64,000 nucleotides of DNA from Eledone cirrhosa (Eukaryota): NCBI GenBank assembly GCA_964016885.1, contig OZ024740.1, positions 171,058,001 through 171,122,000 of the forward strand, written 5' to 3'. Each line of letters begins with the position of its first letter. The first letter of the stretch is position 1. This document shows positions 1-13,599 of the stretch, one piece after another. The notes beneath the pieces are model-generated. The model did no database searches and was not told the origin of the DNA. It worked only from the letters and a program-made list of their open reading frames with translations. Position numbers and translations under genes: made by a program.

Positions 1-285
1 TCGGCTTTTGTCTTTCTCTTGGATAACAACAATATCGTAGAGAGGGGAAACTGTCATACATGGGCGACTGCTAGTTTTCCACAAACCTTTACCTAGGCTT
101 GCGCATTGCGAATTTTCCAAGTTCCAACGTCACTGGTGCCAAGCTGTATCGTCCATTGCCTTTCCCTCGACCAACATGCATGGGCGACTGTTGATCTTCC
201 ACAAGCACACTTTGCTAAAGCTTGTGCCTCTGAGGTGAACTTACTGAGTACAAAATCATGGTAATTCGTGACCGAAGTGTAGCTA

Positions 286-287
<2 letters not shown>

Positions 288-373
<86 letters not shown>
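288..373. repeat. (TA)n microsatellite
   Basis: Pure TA run. A similar run at 571-651 flanks the element between them. Confidence 0.95.
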
Positions 374-375
<2 letters not shown>

Positions 376-568
376 GAAGGAAATGTGGTAAGGAACCAGA
401 TGGACCATAACGCACCAAAGTACTCAATACTTAGGGTAGTAGAGTGGGTAATAGGAACGAGTAGGACCCCGACGGCTGAGCCCATGCCGCTTCGACGGCT
501 AATTCTGGAATTAGTCCAGAATTAACCGTCGAAACGGCTTGAGCTCAGCCGTCGGGGTCCTACTCGTT

Positions 569-570
<2 letters not shown>
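374..570 (-). mobile_element. Short non-autonomous element with terminal ~55-bp-arm palindrome, inserted in (TA)n; copy 1
   Basis: Reverse-complement homolog of 23419-23611. Hairpin GGAACGAGTAGGACCCCGACGGCTGAG...CTCAGCCGTCGGGGTCCTACTCGTTCC at 454-569. TA tracts on both sides. Confidence 0.75.
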
Positions 571-643
<73 letters not shown>

Positions 644-1132
644 GTATATATAAGTAGTTCCACAACATTTAGTTCACCATACCGAGAACAAATATTTCAC
701 CTTATGCGGATCTTCAGTCCCAGCATCGCTCCTAGTTATTTGACCACAAGACTTAAGTCTATTCGGTTCGTTGAAACTTATTCTATTTTTTCCTCGGTTA
801 CTCACTTGCATGTTCCATTGTCTTATGCCCCCCCACCCCCTCAATTTGGTTTATTTACATCGTTTTTTCCACTTTCCTTTTCTCTCTTCCTTATTTTTTT
901 CTTTTCTTTCCCTCATGGCATTTTGATCATCCACAAAATGCCTTGGGCGTGCTGCTGATCGATTTCGATGTCCTGTTTTAAGCGCCGAAACATCGATGAT
1001 CGTAGTTAACAGCTGGTGAAGGGTTTCTCCTCTTGTTTACGTCAATATTATTATCTTACACTTTGTTTGCAGTAACCACACAGCCCGCTACGTTTTCTTG
1101 TAATTTCATATATATATATATATATATATATA

Positions 1133-1262
1133 GGCGCAGGCATGGAGTTAGCTTTTGAATCACATGGTCTGGGGTTCAATCACATTGTGTGGCACATTCA
1201 GCAACTATCTCATACAATAGCCACTGATTAACCAGAGAAAACTGTGAGTAAATGCTATCGTA
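1133..1262 (+). mobile_element. Degenerate tRNA-derived SINE head
   Basis: GGCGCAGG start and B-box-like GGGTTCAATC followed by GTGGCAC. Resembles a recalled octopus SINE consensus. Confidence 0.5.
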
Positions 1263-1401
1263 TGTTTATAAATGCCTGCATATATAACAGTATGGAAGAG
1301 AGAGAACCGGATTACCTCTTGACTTTAGGGTTTTTTACGTTTACTAGTACATAACCCGTTTTTTAAAGCAAAATATTCCAACGTATCACGTTTCTTCCCC
1401 A

Positions 1402-1455
<54 letters not shown>

Positions 1456-1480
1456 AGAGAGAGAGGGGGGGGGGAGAAAT

Positions 1481-1532
1481 GGCTTCTACAGGAGTTGAAC
1501 CGTTTCATTGGAAGGAAATCATCAGGAAAGCC
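1481..1532 (-). ncRNA. Type I hammerhead ribozyme motif (GUA cleavage family)
   Basis: Minus strand GGCTTTC-CTGATGA-TTTCCTTCCAAT-GAAA-CGG-TTCAACTC-CTGTA-GAAGCC: intact core, bulged helix I, helix III ACGG/CTGT. Homologs at 47930-47975 and 48279-48330. Confidence 0.7.
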
Positions 1533-1752
1533 GACTTGTGTTATGCAGTAGAATTTATGTTTACTGGTGGGTAGGGAAGGTGGTGCTTTTTAGGATGGGT
1601 AGCGGTCATTGGTTGATGTGTGTGTGTGTGCAGTTTGTTGAAGAAACCTGATATATTGGAATATTTCGCTTGTATGTGCATACATGTATGGTTGTGTATA
1701 TATATATATATATATATACACAACCATATATACATGTATGGATGTATGTATG

Positions 1753-1795
<43 letters not shown>

Positions 1796-1886
1796 ATGTG
1801 TAAAAGATAAACAGAAATAACAACACAATCGGTACAGTATATGGAAGGAATATGTTAGGTTAACGCTTGAAATAGCATGAAGAGGG

Positions 1887-1922
1887 TCTTAACGTTTCGG
1901 ACACTAGTCCTTCATCAGAAGA
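1887..1922 (-). ncRNA. Minimal type I hammerhead (PLE pLTR type)
   Basis: Minus strand TCTT-CTGATGA-AGGAC-TAGT-GTCC-GAAACGTT-AAGA: helix I TCTT/AAGA, helix II GGAC/GTCC, palindromic ACGT helix III. Confidence 0.75.
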
Positions 1923-2229
1923 AAGAATGAGAAATAAGATAGATTGAAGGGCGGGCGGGGTGGAAATTGGAAAAAATGTCTTTAGATAAAATAACAGGTC
2001 CATTCACGTTGACATCTCTTGGAAAACTCATATATATGGGAGGGGTATAGGTAAAAACCACACCAGATGAAACGAGAGCAAACCATTAAAGTGTGATAGT
2101 TTAAAACAAAGCAAACATAAAATGAAAAGCTGAATAAAGAACATATGTGATTATTAAAACATATGCAGAAGATCATGGAGAATTTGTGTACAGTGAATAT
2201 TTACGGCGTGTAGAAAGAGATGAAAGTAT

Positions 2230-2260
2230 CTGACGTTTCGGGTTAATACCTTTGTCAACG
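2230..2260 (-). pseudogene. Degenerate minimal hammerhead remnant
   Basis: Minus strand TTGACAA-AGGTATTAACC-CGAAACGTCAG. The core is mutated. Confidence 0.4.
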
Positions 2261-2569
2261 TTGGGTAAGAGAGGAATACACATAAAGAAATAAGAATTAG
2301 TGTTAGGTCAATCTATGGTAGGAAAGTAGATGATGATTAATTGGCTACAGCCTGTTAAGTAGAAGAAATTTGACCGTTACATCAGGAAGTGGACAAACGA
2401 ACAAGGTGGCAGTAAGAACAAATTGGAAGAGGAGGTAGTGGTGAACTAGAAAGTAGTATGAATTAATGGGGAGAGAGAAGAAGTAGAAAAAAGAAAGAAA
2501 GGGAACAGAGTAAGTTGGAGAGAAGGGAGATATAGGAGGTAATCTGTATATAGAAGTGTATAATCTAAT

Positions 2570-3270
2570 CCATCAGAATTCATTCACAGGGAAAACGATT
2601 ATATTTTTAATGCAACCCATTAAAACTCATTCACAGAAATATTTACCATACGTTAAACCTAACTCTCAAAAATCCTTCATAAAATATTAAGTAAATTTTT
2701 ATCCTAACAAAAATTAACCTGCCAAAATACCTTCACAGAAACTTAATATTCTTTAAAAAAAACAAAAAAACACCAGAATTCTTTCACTAAAATATTATCT
2801 CTATTTATAACTTAATTCATCAAATATTCTTCATAGTTACTATATTCTTAACGTAACCCACAAAAATTCTTTCCCAGAAGCAATACCTATGTTTTTAACT
2901 TAACCTACCAAAATTCCTTCATGAAAACGTTATATCTTTAACGTAACCTATACAAATTCTTAGAAAAGTTGACTATAATTTCAACCTAATCCACTAAAAT
3001 TTTTTCATGGGAATATTCACCAGAATGTTTCATTCTTAACGTAACTCACAAAAAATCATTCACAAAAATACTAACTATGTCTTTAAGCTAACCCACCAAC
3101 CTTTCTTCATAGAAACATTCACTATATATTTAATGTGACCCACATAAATTCTTTCACAGAAATATTAGCTACATTTTTATCAAAATCCACGAAAATTCCT
3201 TTGGGGGAAAAATTTACTATATTTTTAATGTAATACACAAAATTCTTTCACAAAAATACCTACTATATTT
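2570..3270. repeat. Degenerate ~45-bp minisatellite (roughly 15 units)
   Basis: Recurring AATTCTTTCACAGAAATATT...TATATTTTTAACNTAACCCAC units. Confidence 0.75.
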
Positions 3271-3631
3271 CTGCATATTGCTTTGTTCATTAAAACAATC
3301 ATACAAAAAAAAACTATATATAGTGTAGAGGAATGGGAGAGATGGAGCACGAGGAGTCTGTTAAATCGAAGATATGATGTTCATGCATTTCCCTAACGTA
3401 ACATTAATTAACTGGTGTGAGTGTGGAAAGAGAAATGGTTTCAAACTGGGATACGAAATCGCATTCATTGTCTTCGTGACACCCGCTGTGGTGGCAAGAG
3501 ATGTGGGTGGGTAGGGGTGGCTTTACCTTACTTTCTCTCTCCTGCCTCTACATTGATCGCCATCGTAGCAGTAGTAGATTGATGAATGAATGGTTTGAAT
3601 GAATGAATGAATGAATAAATAATAAAGCATA

Positions 3632-3790
<159 letters not shown>

Positions 3791-4285
3791 ACATTCACAA
3801 AGAAAAAGAAATGATTTTATTCAATACATTGCGTAGGAGAGAGTGGAATGTTTCGAAAGAAATACTTGAAATTCCTCTGATGACGTAAACATTCCTACGT
3901 TGTCTTCATAAACTTCATAACTATGTCATATGACTACTCCCTTACTCCTGCCATTTTCTCTCCATCTCATACCCCTCTCATATCTCCCCCTCCCCCTTCT
4001 CTCTCTCTCTCCCCACACACTCTCTCTCCCACACTCTCCTCTCCTCTTCCTCTCTCTCTCACTTTTACTTCCTTCATCTCACTCCATAGAGAATCTCTTA
4101 TCTATTTCTCTCTTCTATCATTCACTTTCTCATAATTCTTGTTAACACATTCTTTACTATTACTCTTACGTTGCTTTTCTTACTCCCCATCTCTCTCTCC
4201 TCTCCCCCTATCTCTCAATGTCACTATCTGTCATTCTAGTATCTCACCCTCTATCTATTTATCTATCTATCTATCTATCTATATA

Positions 4286-4319
<34 letters not shown>

Positions 4320-4829
4320 AGTCTATCATTCTATCATTTTCAATATATCCCTTTTTCTGTCGCTTTTACGTTGTCTTTGTAATGCCCTCCGCCGCCACCG
4401 TATTCAACTACAACTACAGGAGTCAATGAAAGTGGCCCTACACGGTCGCTTGACCTACTAGAAATAACAGCCAAACCTCTTTCAAATGTTATGTTGGATA
4501 ATATGGCCTTGGTCATATATGCAAATATGAAAAAGTTGAGTTGGTCACGGCTGGGGTGCCTTTGATCATAGGTCTGTTTAATTATAGTTGACCTGTGGCT
4601 AAACAGCAGCAACAACAACAACAGTTGCAACTACATTATGACCACCATGACACTTCACTCACACCCACCACTTTCACTGTGAAGTCAATTGTCAACGTCA
4701 GCCGGTAGTAGGAGGGGAGGGGTTAAGAACGAGAGGAGAGGGAGGAGGGTAATCATGACAAACAACGCGTCACAATGAATTGCATCGCGTCACACAGACA
4801 CGAGTGTCATCTTGATGTTTGTGTTGTTA

Positions 4830-6722
4830 CTACTGCTGTTGTTGTTGTTGTTGTAGTTGTGGTTGTTGTTATTGTTGTTGTAGTTGTGATCACCGCACGT
4901 CTTCATTGCTACCACCATCACAGCCACCGTTATTCTCCCCCTCCTCTTCCTCATCATCACCATCATCATTATCAATATCACCACCACCACCATCACCACC
5001 ACCAACATCACCACCATCACCACCATCACCACCACCACCATCACCACCACCACCATCACCACCATCAACATCACCACCATCACCACCACCACCATCACCA
5101 CCACCACCATCACCACCATCAACATCACCACCATCACCACCACCACCATCACCACCACCACCACCACCACCATCAACATCACCACCATCACCATCACCAC
5201 CATCAACATCACCATTAACATCACCACCATCACCACCACCATGACCACCATCAACATCACCACCACCACCACCACCACCACCATCAACATCACCACCATC
5301 ACCACCACCACCATCAACATCACCACCATCACCACCATCACCACCATCACCACCATCACCACCATCACCACCACCATCAACATCACCACCATCACCACCA
5401 TCACCACCATCACCACCATCACCACCACCACCATCAACATCACCACCATCACCACCATCACCACCATCACCACCATCACCACCATCACCATCAACATCAC
5501 CACCATCACCACCATCACCACCATCACCACCATCACCACCATCACCATCAACATCACCACCATCACCATCACCACCATCACCACCATCACCACCATCACC
5601 ATCAACATCACCACCATCACCACCATCACCATCAACATCACCACCATCACCATCACCACCATCACCACCATCATCATCGTCATCATCACCACCATCATCA
5701 CCATCACCATCAACATCACCATCACCATCATCATCATCATCATCACCTTCGCCGTCGTCACCATCAGCACCATGGTCCTTGTTGTCGTCATAGATGTTGT
5801 TGTTGCTGCTATTGAAGACCCTAGAAATGTTATCAACCCATTTAACACTGTAGTATATATACCTCACATAACACCACTACTACTACTACTACCACTACTA
5901 CTACCACTACTACTACCACTACTACTACTACTGCTACTACTACTACTACTGCTACTACTACTACTACTACCACTACTACTACTGCTACTACTACTACTAC
6001 TGCTACTACTGCTACCACTACTACTACCACTACTACTACCACTACTACTACTGCTACCACTACTACTACTGCTACTACTACTACCACTACTGCTACCACT
6101 ACCACTACTGCTACTACTACCACTACTACTACCACTACTGCTACCACTACTACTACCACTACTGCTACCACTACTACTACCACTACTACTACCACTACTA
6201 CTACTGCTACTACTACTGCTACTACTACTACCACTACTGCTACCACTACTACTACTACTACTACTACCACTACTACTACCACTACTACTACCACTACTAC
6301 TACTGCTACCACTACCACTACTGCTACCACTACTACTACCACTACTACTACTGCTACTACTACTGCTACTACTACTACCACTACTGCTACCACTACTACT
6401 ACTACTACTACTACCACCACTACTACCACTACTACTACCACTACTACTACTGCTACCACTACCACTACTGCTACCACTACTACTACCACTACTGCTACCA
6501 CTACTACTACCACTACTACTACCACTACTACTACTGCTACCACTACTACTACTGCTACTACTACTACCATTACTGCTACCACTACCACTACTGCTACTAC
6601 TACCACTACTACTACCACTACTGCTACTGCTACCACTACTACTACTACCACTACTACTACTACTACTACTATTACTATTACTACTACTACTGCTACTACT
6701 ACTACTACTGCTACTACTACTG

Positions 6723-6754
<32 letters not shown>

Positions 6755-6755
6755 G

Positions 6756-6787
<32 letters not shown>

Positions 6788-7084
6788 GCTACTACTACTA
6801 CTACTACTACTACTACTGCTACTACTACTACTACTGCTACTACTACTACTACTGCTACTACTACTGCTACTACTATTACTACTACTACTCCTACTACTAC
6901 TACTGCTGTTACTACTACCACTACTGCTACTACTACTACTGCTACTACTACTACTGCTGTTACTACTACTACTACTATTACTGCTACTACTGCTACTACT
7001 ACTACTACTACTGCGGCTACTACTACTACTGCTACTACTACTACTGCTATACTACTACTACTACTACTACTACTGCTACTGATA

Positions 7085-7125
<41 letters not shown>

Positions 7126-7129
7126 GCAG

Positions 7130-7182
<53 letters not shown>

Positions 7183-7225
7183 GCTGTTACTACTACTGTT
7201 ACTACTACTACTACTACTGCTGCTG

Positions 7226-7262
<37 letters not shown>

Positions 7263-7447
7263 TACTACCACTACTACTACTACCACTACCTCCACTATCA
7301 CCATGTCTACTACTACTACTACTACTACTACTACAACAGCGCAAATACCACAACTGCCAGTACTACAATCACTACCACCACTATAATTTCTCCTTTCACT
7401 ACTAGTGCCACCGCCCCCATCACCCACCACTACTACTACTACTACTG

Positions 7448-7486
<39 letters not shown>

Positions 7487-7507
7487 TTACTACTACTACT
7501 ACTACAA
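4830..7507. repeat. Compound trinucleotide array: (GTT)n, (CAC/CAT)n at 4905-5750, (CTA/CCA/CTG)n at 5872-7507
   Basis: Direct reading. It explains the long poly-H/T/L/V/G ORFs. Confidence 0.95.
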
Positions 7508-7649
7508 TATGCAAAAAAAAGTATTTAAAAATCATCATATATGCCATATGCCAACAAATTACATATTTTGTGAATTTGTCACAAGCGTTTTCTTTTTTTT
7601 CAAAGTTACCTTTTACTGAAGATAGTCTTTTATTTTATCTAAGGAATAA

Positions 7650-7945
7650 CAATGAACCTCCGTCGGTTTCAATGATGAGTGTTCCAGTTGATCGATTAAT
7701 GGAATAGCCTGCTCGGGAAATTAACGGGCATGTGGCTGAGCATTCCACAAAAATGGGTACCCTTAACGGAATTCTTAGAGAAATTCAGCGTGACGTGGCA
7801 TGTGTGACATATCTGATCCTTTGAATTATAGATACAGTCCACTAAGGACTTACCAACAGTCTCTCTCGTGAGATGATGCGAGGTTATGACACTTGTCCAA
7901 ATTGCGACGCAGTGGGATCGAACCTAGAACTTAATGATTGCGAAG
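7650..7945 (-). mobile_element. SINE family B (tRNA-derived, degenerate)
   Basis: Shares GCCTGCTCGnGAAATTAACG...GAAATTCAGCGTG with 40625-40890 and more weakly 50835-51150. B-box-like GGTTCGATCC on the minus strand near 7915-7925. Confidence 0.6.
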
Positions 7946-7951
7946 CGAATT

Positions 7952-7998
<47 letters not shown>

Positions 7999-8001
<3 letters not shown>

Positions 8002-8580
8002 GAGTACTGGTGGAATGTTCCAGTCAAAACCCCAATAAAATGCAGGCATAACAGACCAGTTATGGTGATATGGGACGGGGAAAAGAAGGCATGCACAGTA
8101 GTGGAGGTCAGCTGTCAAGCAGATGTCAATATAATATTAGACATTGGCGAAAAGGAGAATATCTATGTAGAATTTATGAGGAATCTGCAGATACTCCAGC
8201 ATGACTATACCTTCAGATTTATCCCTGTGATTATTGGGTCTCTGGGGTATGTTAGTAACTGCCTCATTACAAATCTTGAGAAGCTGGCTTTCACAGAAAC
8301 AGAATGAACACAACTATTTAGGAAACTACAACTACAATCCACTAATGGAACAGTAAAAATATGTAAAACATTCCAAAAATTCTACATGTAATAACTGCAT
8401 ATACAGATACAAAGCATACCGATCCACACATACAATAACATCTATATCTGCATAAACGCACGCTACCTAGTTGATATTGTGTAAATTCCAATGAAAAAGT
8501 CTTGTGTCTATGTTAGAAACCGGCTCTCTCTCTATTGGTAAAAAATTTATAAAATAATGAAACCAGAAGAACATACATAC
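7999..8580 (+). mobile_element. 3' remnant of R4/Dong-type non-LTR element (RLE domain + 3' UTR), sister family
   Basis: EEYWWNVPVKTPIKCRHNRPVMVIWD...VVEVSCQ...KENIY...IPVIIGSLG aligns with the RLE of the 58-62 kb element. Ends in CATACATAC. Confidence 0.85.
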
Positions 8581-9050
8581 ATGGTGATTGTTTCCTTTTT
8601 GCAGATGATTGCTGTCTCCTATGCACCCCCATCAACCATTACCAACTCCAAACGTCCTTTCATAGCCTCTCGGGTGGCTTTTAAGTCCAGCTTTAGATTT
8701 ACACGGTGTGCAGCAGATGTACCCTCTATTAGATTGATTGGGTCAGTTTGTCGGATGTCATCCTTATGACCCTCATATGCCTTTTAAGACCAGAGATTGA
8801 TTTGAAGATTTTTTGGCACACCACACATGTTGTCTCATTGGAGGGATAGAGTTGCATACAGTTGACTTTCCATGTAATTTTGAATTAGTGATGTGCCCAG
8901 ATTTAAAGAGCAGTAGACGACCACACACCTCACTACTCCAGCCTTCGATTTGTTTGAGCTTCAGTTTCTTCATGGTGCCTTTGAGCTGCTCTATTTCTTT
9001 CCACTTGCCGTCTTGATGATTTTCGTACATTTGATTCCTCTTGACAAATA
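8581..9050 (-). mobile_element. 3' remnant of RTE-type LINE with degenerate C2H2 fingers and ATGT tail
   Basis: Minus frame EVCGRLLLFKSGHITNSKLH plus a second decayed finger. Ends ...CACCATGTATGTATG like the short retroposons at 56-58 kb. Confidence 0.55.
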
Positions 9051-9339
9051 GTTGCTTTCATTGCCCTCTCTTCAGCCAACCTTTTTTATCTTTATTCCTC
9101 TGATTCATCCTGTCTATTCTGTGTACTTCTTATTCTTTGTTGTTAAAGCCTTGATGATTTTTGTGCGTCTGATTCATCCTCTCTGTTTTGTGCTGTAGTT
9201 TCGTACTTCTAATCCCTCTTGACGAATAGTTGCTTTCCTTGTCCTATCATCAACAAACCTTTTTGATCTTTGTTTTTCCTATTCATTTTGCCTACATTTC
9301 GGTGGTTTAACTTTGTTTTGGGAGTATTTCTTGTCTCTA

Positions 9340-9725
9340 CTCTTCACTTTCATTCTCCCTTAAATTCTGAGGATATTTTCTCTTGATAAGTATTTATTTC
9401 ATCTCTTCTATTTTGTGGTCTCTCACTGGTTGTTGAGTTTGAGATTATTATACAGATTCGCTTGGCTAAGTTAAAAGGATGTTGGTACGGGTGTGTGATG
9501 GATGAGATGTAAAACGGAGGTATTTTCAAAGAGCCAGTAGATTTGAAATATATGTCAGTTTCTAATGTTCTCTTTCTTTATGTTATTAGGATATCTAAAG
9601 GTTTTTTATTACAAAAATCCATAGTGAATTGGATATTCTGGTTTATATCATTGATTAGGGTTTGAAATGTCTTTAGTTGGTCGAGATTTTCCCTCCACAA
9701 TATGAAGCAGTCGTCCAAGTATACA
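9340..9725 (-). pseudogene. Penelope-like RT fragment (YxDD to thumb)
   Basis: YLDDCFILWRENLDQLKTFQTLINDINQNIQFTMD...LDILI..TDIYFK...HPSHT, a typical PLE RT C-terminal half with stops and frameshifts. Confidence 0.8.
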
Positions 9726-9739
9726 ATAATTACAAAAAC

Positions 9740-10045
9740 CACAACTAAATAACTACTGACAGTAGGTACAATATAGAGAAATCCTATCCTAACAAGCATT
9801 TTTAGAGAGAAACCAGAATTACCGGGATACAGGATGGACCACAGTAATGAGAAACCGAAAATAATCAATCTCTCACAAAAATCACTAACATCCAAATAAA
9901 TAGACATTCTAGGTAAAGGACTAAAATTTACACCCACTCCTCAAAAACGAAATATACCAGAAATTAAAGATGACATTTCGGACTTCTGCAGAAGACTCAA
10001 ACTAGCGGAACAATCTTTCGTAAAAGAAGACAACGATGAGAGTGA
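9740..10045 (+). pseudogene. Penelope-like N-terminal fragment, opposite orientation
   Basis: IINLSQKSLTSK*IDILGKGLKFTPTPQKTNIPEIKDDISDFCRRLKL matches the NLS..L.KGL.F.PTP motif of PLE ORFs. Confidence 0.75.
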
Positions 10046-10402
10046 TTGGGAATGAGAGACAGTGAGAAAGAATTTTATCTTCGTTTTTGTTGATTAACAT
10101 TTTTCTTTCTATTTTTCTTTTATTAATCTTGTTATAGAGGAGGATCAGGTAATATATCCATGCACCATAAAGCGCTTTCAATATACTGACGTTCATTTAT
10201 ACATTCTGAAGTTTCTGGTAAGTGAAGAATTTTAATAGTCAAGAGTAATTAAACAAACCATTACAGCCATTTCATGTTATATTTGCGATAAAAATATCTT
10301 CGGATATCTTGGTTTTCAAACAAGCCTCTTAATAATACCCAAAATAAATTTTAACATTAAAAAAACTTATGTATATTATTAGTAATATTTAATAATATCT
10401 TA

Positions 10403-10492
10403 ACTTTGCCTTTCATCCTTACGGGGTCGATAAAATAAAGTACCAGTAATACACTGGGTATTTTGCTGGCCTTGTTCATAAGTAGAAACAAA
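10403..10492 (+). mobile_element. SINE family A, 3' part
   Basis: GCCTTTCATCCTTACGGGGTCGATAAAATAAAGTACCAG core shared with the full copies. Confidence 0.85.
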
Positions 10493-10702
10493 TATCTCAA
10501 TATATATTTTACGTGTATTTAATTTTTGTATCACATTTTAATATGTTTATAACGATTACAAAGTTGTTCTTTAGGTAACGATATTTTGGCGTTAAGTATA
10601 TTAAACATTAGTCTTTTGTGTTATTCGTTTTATATGTTGTATGGTTTCTTGGGTCAATGACCAACACTTCTTCTCTATTGGGAATATATTACACTAACCG
10701 TC

Positions 10703-10963
10703 ACACATACATATATACATACATACATACATACATACATACATACATACATACATACATACACACACACATAAATACATACATATACACACACATACAT
10801 GCTTGCATACATTCATACAAGCATACACGCACATACATATATACATACACACACATACATATATACATACATACATACATACATACATACACACACACAT
10901 ACATACATACATACATACACACACACATACATACATACATACATACATACATACATACATACA
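10703..10963. repeat. (TACA)n microsatellite
   Basis: Direct reading. Confidence 0.95.
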
Positions 10964-11622
10964 TGTGTGTGTGTATTTGTGTGTAATTTCTCCCTACCTA
11001 CAAAGGTTATACAACAGAATGCAAATACCTATATTTTACAACATGATTTTTTAAAATATACTGTTGGTCGACCACCACCAGTAGAAATACCCTTAATTCG
11101 TCAAGTTTATATTATCTTTGAACTGTATCTAGTGGAATTCTAAGCCATTCTGGCAATAATATATCGTACAACTCCTTGAAAGACGATATCAATAGTAATC
11201 TGACCCCACCCACCCAGATACACACACATTTTGATTCGTATTGACTATAATGGCTCGATAATATTCCTACCTGATGATTGCGAATGATCAATCCATGTAT
11301 CCGATGTCTGTTTCATCTCCAGCAAACAGATATTTTACAATTTAGTTATGTTTATTGATGCATCCTAAAACATTACTATTTTCGTATGATACACTTCACC
11401 TAGTCTTCCCGAACAAACACATAACATTTAGAAATACTTTTATGAAGGTGATCTACAACTTGAATTTATACGAACCCAAAGAATTCATTAAATTATTTCC
11501 GGTGTATGTGAATATTGAGGGCTTCTACATGGTTTGTCAGTAAAGTTTGACAGTTCTTTGTAACATTCTAAAGCTTCTACTTTAATATGTAATATTTTTA
11601 TGAAATGGTATAGTTTTACTTA

Positions 11623-11774
11623 CTGTATTTCCCGGCGCCGAAGACGCACCCTAATTTTGACAACGAAAAATTTGAAAAAAAATAATAATCAACCTTCGAC
11701 CTCCAGGACGAATGTTAAATTTTTTTAGACTTATTTTAGGAAAAGGGTAGCGTCTTCGACGCCGGGAAATACGG
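11623..11774. mobile_element. Tc1/mariner-superfamily (Tc2/pogo-like) MITE
   Basis: ~25-bp TIRs CTGTATTTCCCGGCGCCGAAGACGC / GCGTCTTCGACGCCGGGAAATACGG, flanked by TA on both sides. Confidence 0.85.
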
Positions 11775-12345
11775 TATTTAGTAAAAATTTTAGAAAATAC
11801 GTACATATAATTTTTTTTTTTTGGGTTATAACATATTAAGCCTTTAAGTTATATTTGGTGTTCGTATCGTGAAAAGGGTTGGAGATCGTTGTTCTATGAT
11901 GCAATGTTCTGTGTTTCACAGTTAGGATTGGACAGTCAGGATCAAAGTCTTACTGCGGTGTTCTCTAGTAGTTGAAAATGATATAAGTTAGAACACATCT
12001 GAGTATATACCCTTCATTCATTTATCCATTATTAGTTCTCTTTACTCGTTACACCAATTTGACAAAAGAGACTTAGCAATAGGAGTTCTACTATAAAGCC
12101 TGAATCTCAACGACAGCTTTGATAGTAACTGGCTAGGAGAGATTTGTATTTAGCTCTGTATTTACATTCGATGCCATTCTCCTGTTTTTCTATGCTTTAA
12201 AAGATATGATATAATATACATGTGGGTCATAGGCAAAATTAAAAAAAAAAATAAATTAGGAATTTGCAAAAACCTTTTCTGATACCTGATCTATACAGAG
12301 AGAGAGAGGGAGAGAGAGAAAGTGAGAAAGAGAGAGAAAGAGAGT

Positions 12346-12414
<69 letters not shown>

Positions 12415-12689
12415 GGGAGGGGGGAGAAAAGGAAAAAGAAGAGAGTTATATTGGTGTAAAAGACTCTGGTATGAAACTATGCGTTGGTGCAATAGTAGTT
12501 GTATTTTAGTATTGGTTGTCTACTACACTATCCACTCAAACGTCCGTATTTTCTTATCACAAATGCATGGAATAAGAATGATAAAATCTCCTTCCATTCT
12601 TCTTTTTCTTCACTCACTTATTACTGGGAGAATCATGGAGTAGAGTCCTGTCAGAAACAATGTCTTAAATTAATCCGGTGGGACCCCAA

Positions 12690-13450
12690 GCGAGACAATG
12701 GATGTTATCCAACCATCTTGCTCGGGGTCTACGCCTGTGTCTCCTCTCGGCTAGTTTTCACCGAAAAATCTGTTCAGCAATTCTTTCTTGAAACATTTTA
12801 TTCACATGTCTGTACTATCGAAACTGTGATCTCTCAATTCGGAGAAGTAGCGGCTCTACCTGGAACGAACCCTTCATCTACAAGCTACGCATTCTTTGGA
12901 GTAAAGTTACTCCATAAACCCTTGTGAGGAACCTCATTTCAACCGGTTGTATTCGCTATCGCATTGTTTCGTTCATTACCCAAGATTCATGACCATATGT
13001 AAAGATTGGCACGAATACCGTATTAAAGATAGCGACGAGTTTGGCTTTTACGCCTACCACCCTTCTTCTGATTACCGTATGCTGAAGCTGACACATTACT
13101 GCACCAGCTCCTGCAAGAATTGCATTATTTTCGGCCTCCTGCCTTCCATAACTCGTGAACACAGCCCTGAGATACTTAAACTTCTCACCTGCTTCAGTGG
13201 AACTCCACTCACATGTTGAGTGCACTGCACAAGCTTACTTGAGAGGACAAATGTCTCTGTCTTTGCAGCATTGATTTTTGGCTGTGCTGTGTCCGGAACG
13301 AAACTCACACTGTTCGTCAACTATTTTGGACTCACTACATCTTTTTGCCAGACATTTAGCATAGATTTTATCGGAAGCAATCTCTCGTGTTTACCTTTTT
13401 GAAAATTGGGACCATCAGTTCCGATTGCCATATCTGCGACTTTTTGCGCC
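12690..13450 (-). pseudogene. RTE-clade LINE RT/C-terminal fragment
   Basis: KINAAKTE...EKFKYLRAVFTSYGR...KAKL..IFNTVFVPIFTYGHESWVM...VEPLLLRIERSQ, with frameshifts. Confidence 0.85.
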
Positions 13451-13599
13451 TGATTCTACCACAAGTACAAGAAGGAGGACTTATTTCTAAGCCAAGCTGT
13501 GAAAGCCTCCTTCTTTCCCGGGGGGGGGGGGGGGGGTATTTGACTCCAAGGGGTCATCGTGCCTCCCGGACCACACCAAGCCGCTTTCGCCCGCAACAT

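Noticed and set aside
950-1000. Hammerhead-like CTGATCGA...CGAAACATCG
   Set aside because: Core spacing is wrong and there is no consistent helix I or II.
2570-3270. CRISPR-like array
   Set aside because: Units are degenerate along their whole length with no unique spacers, there are no cas genes, and the context is eukaryotic.
4775-7547. Long ORFs of 300-600 aa (poly-His/Thr/Leu/Val/Gly-Asp)
   Set aside because: Stop-free translations of triplet repeats, open in several frames on both strands, with no domain content.
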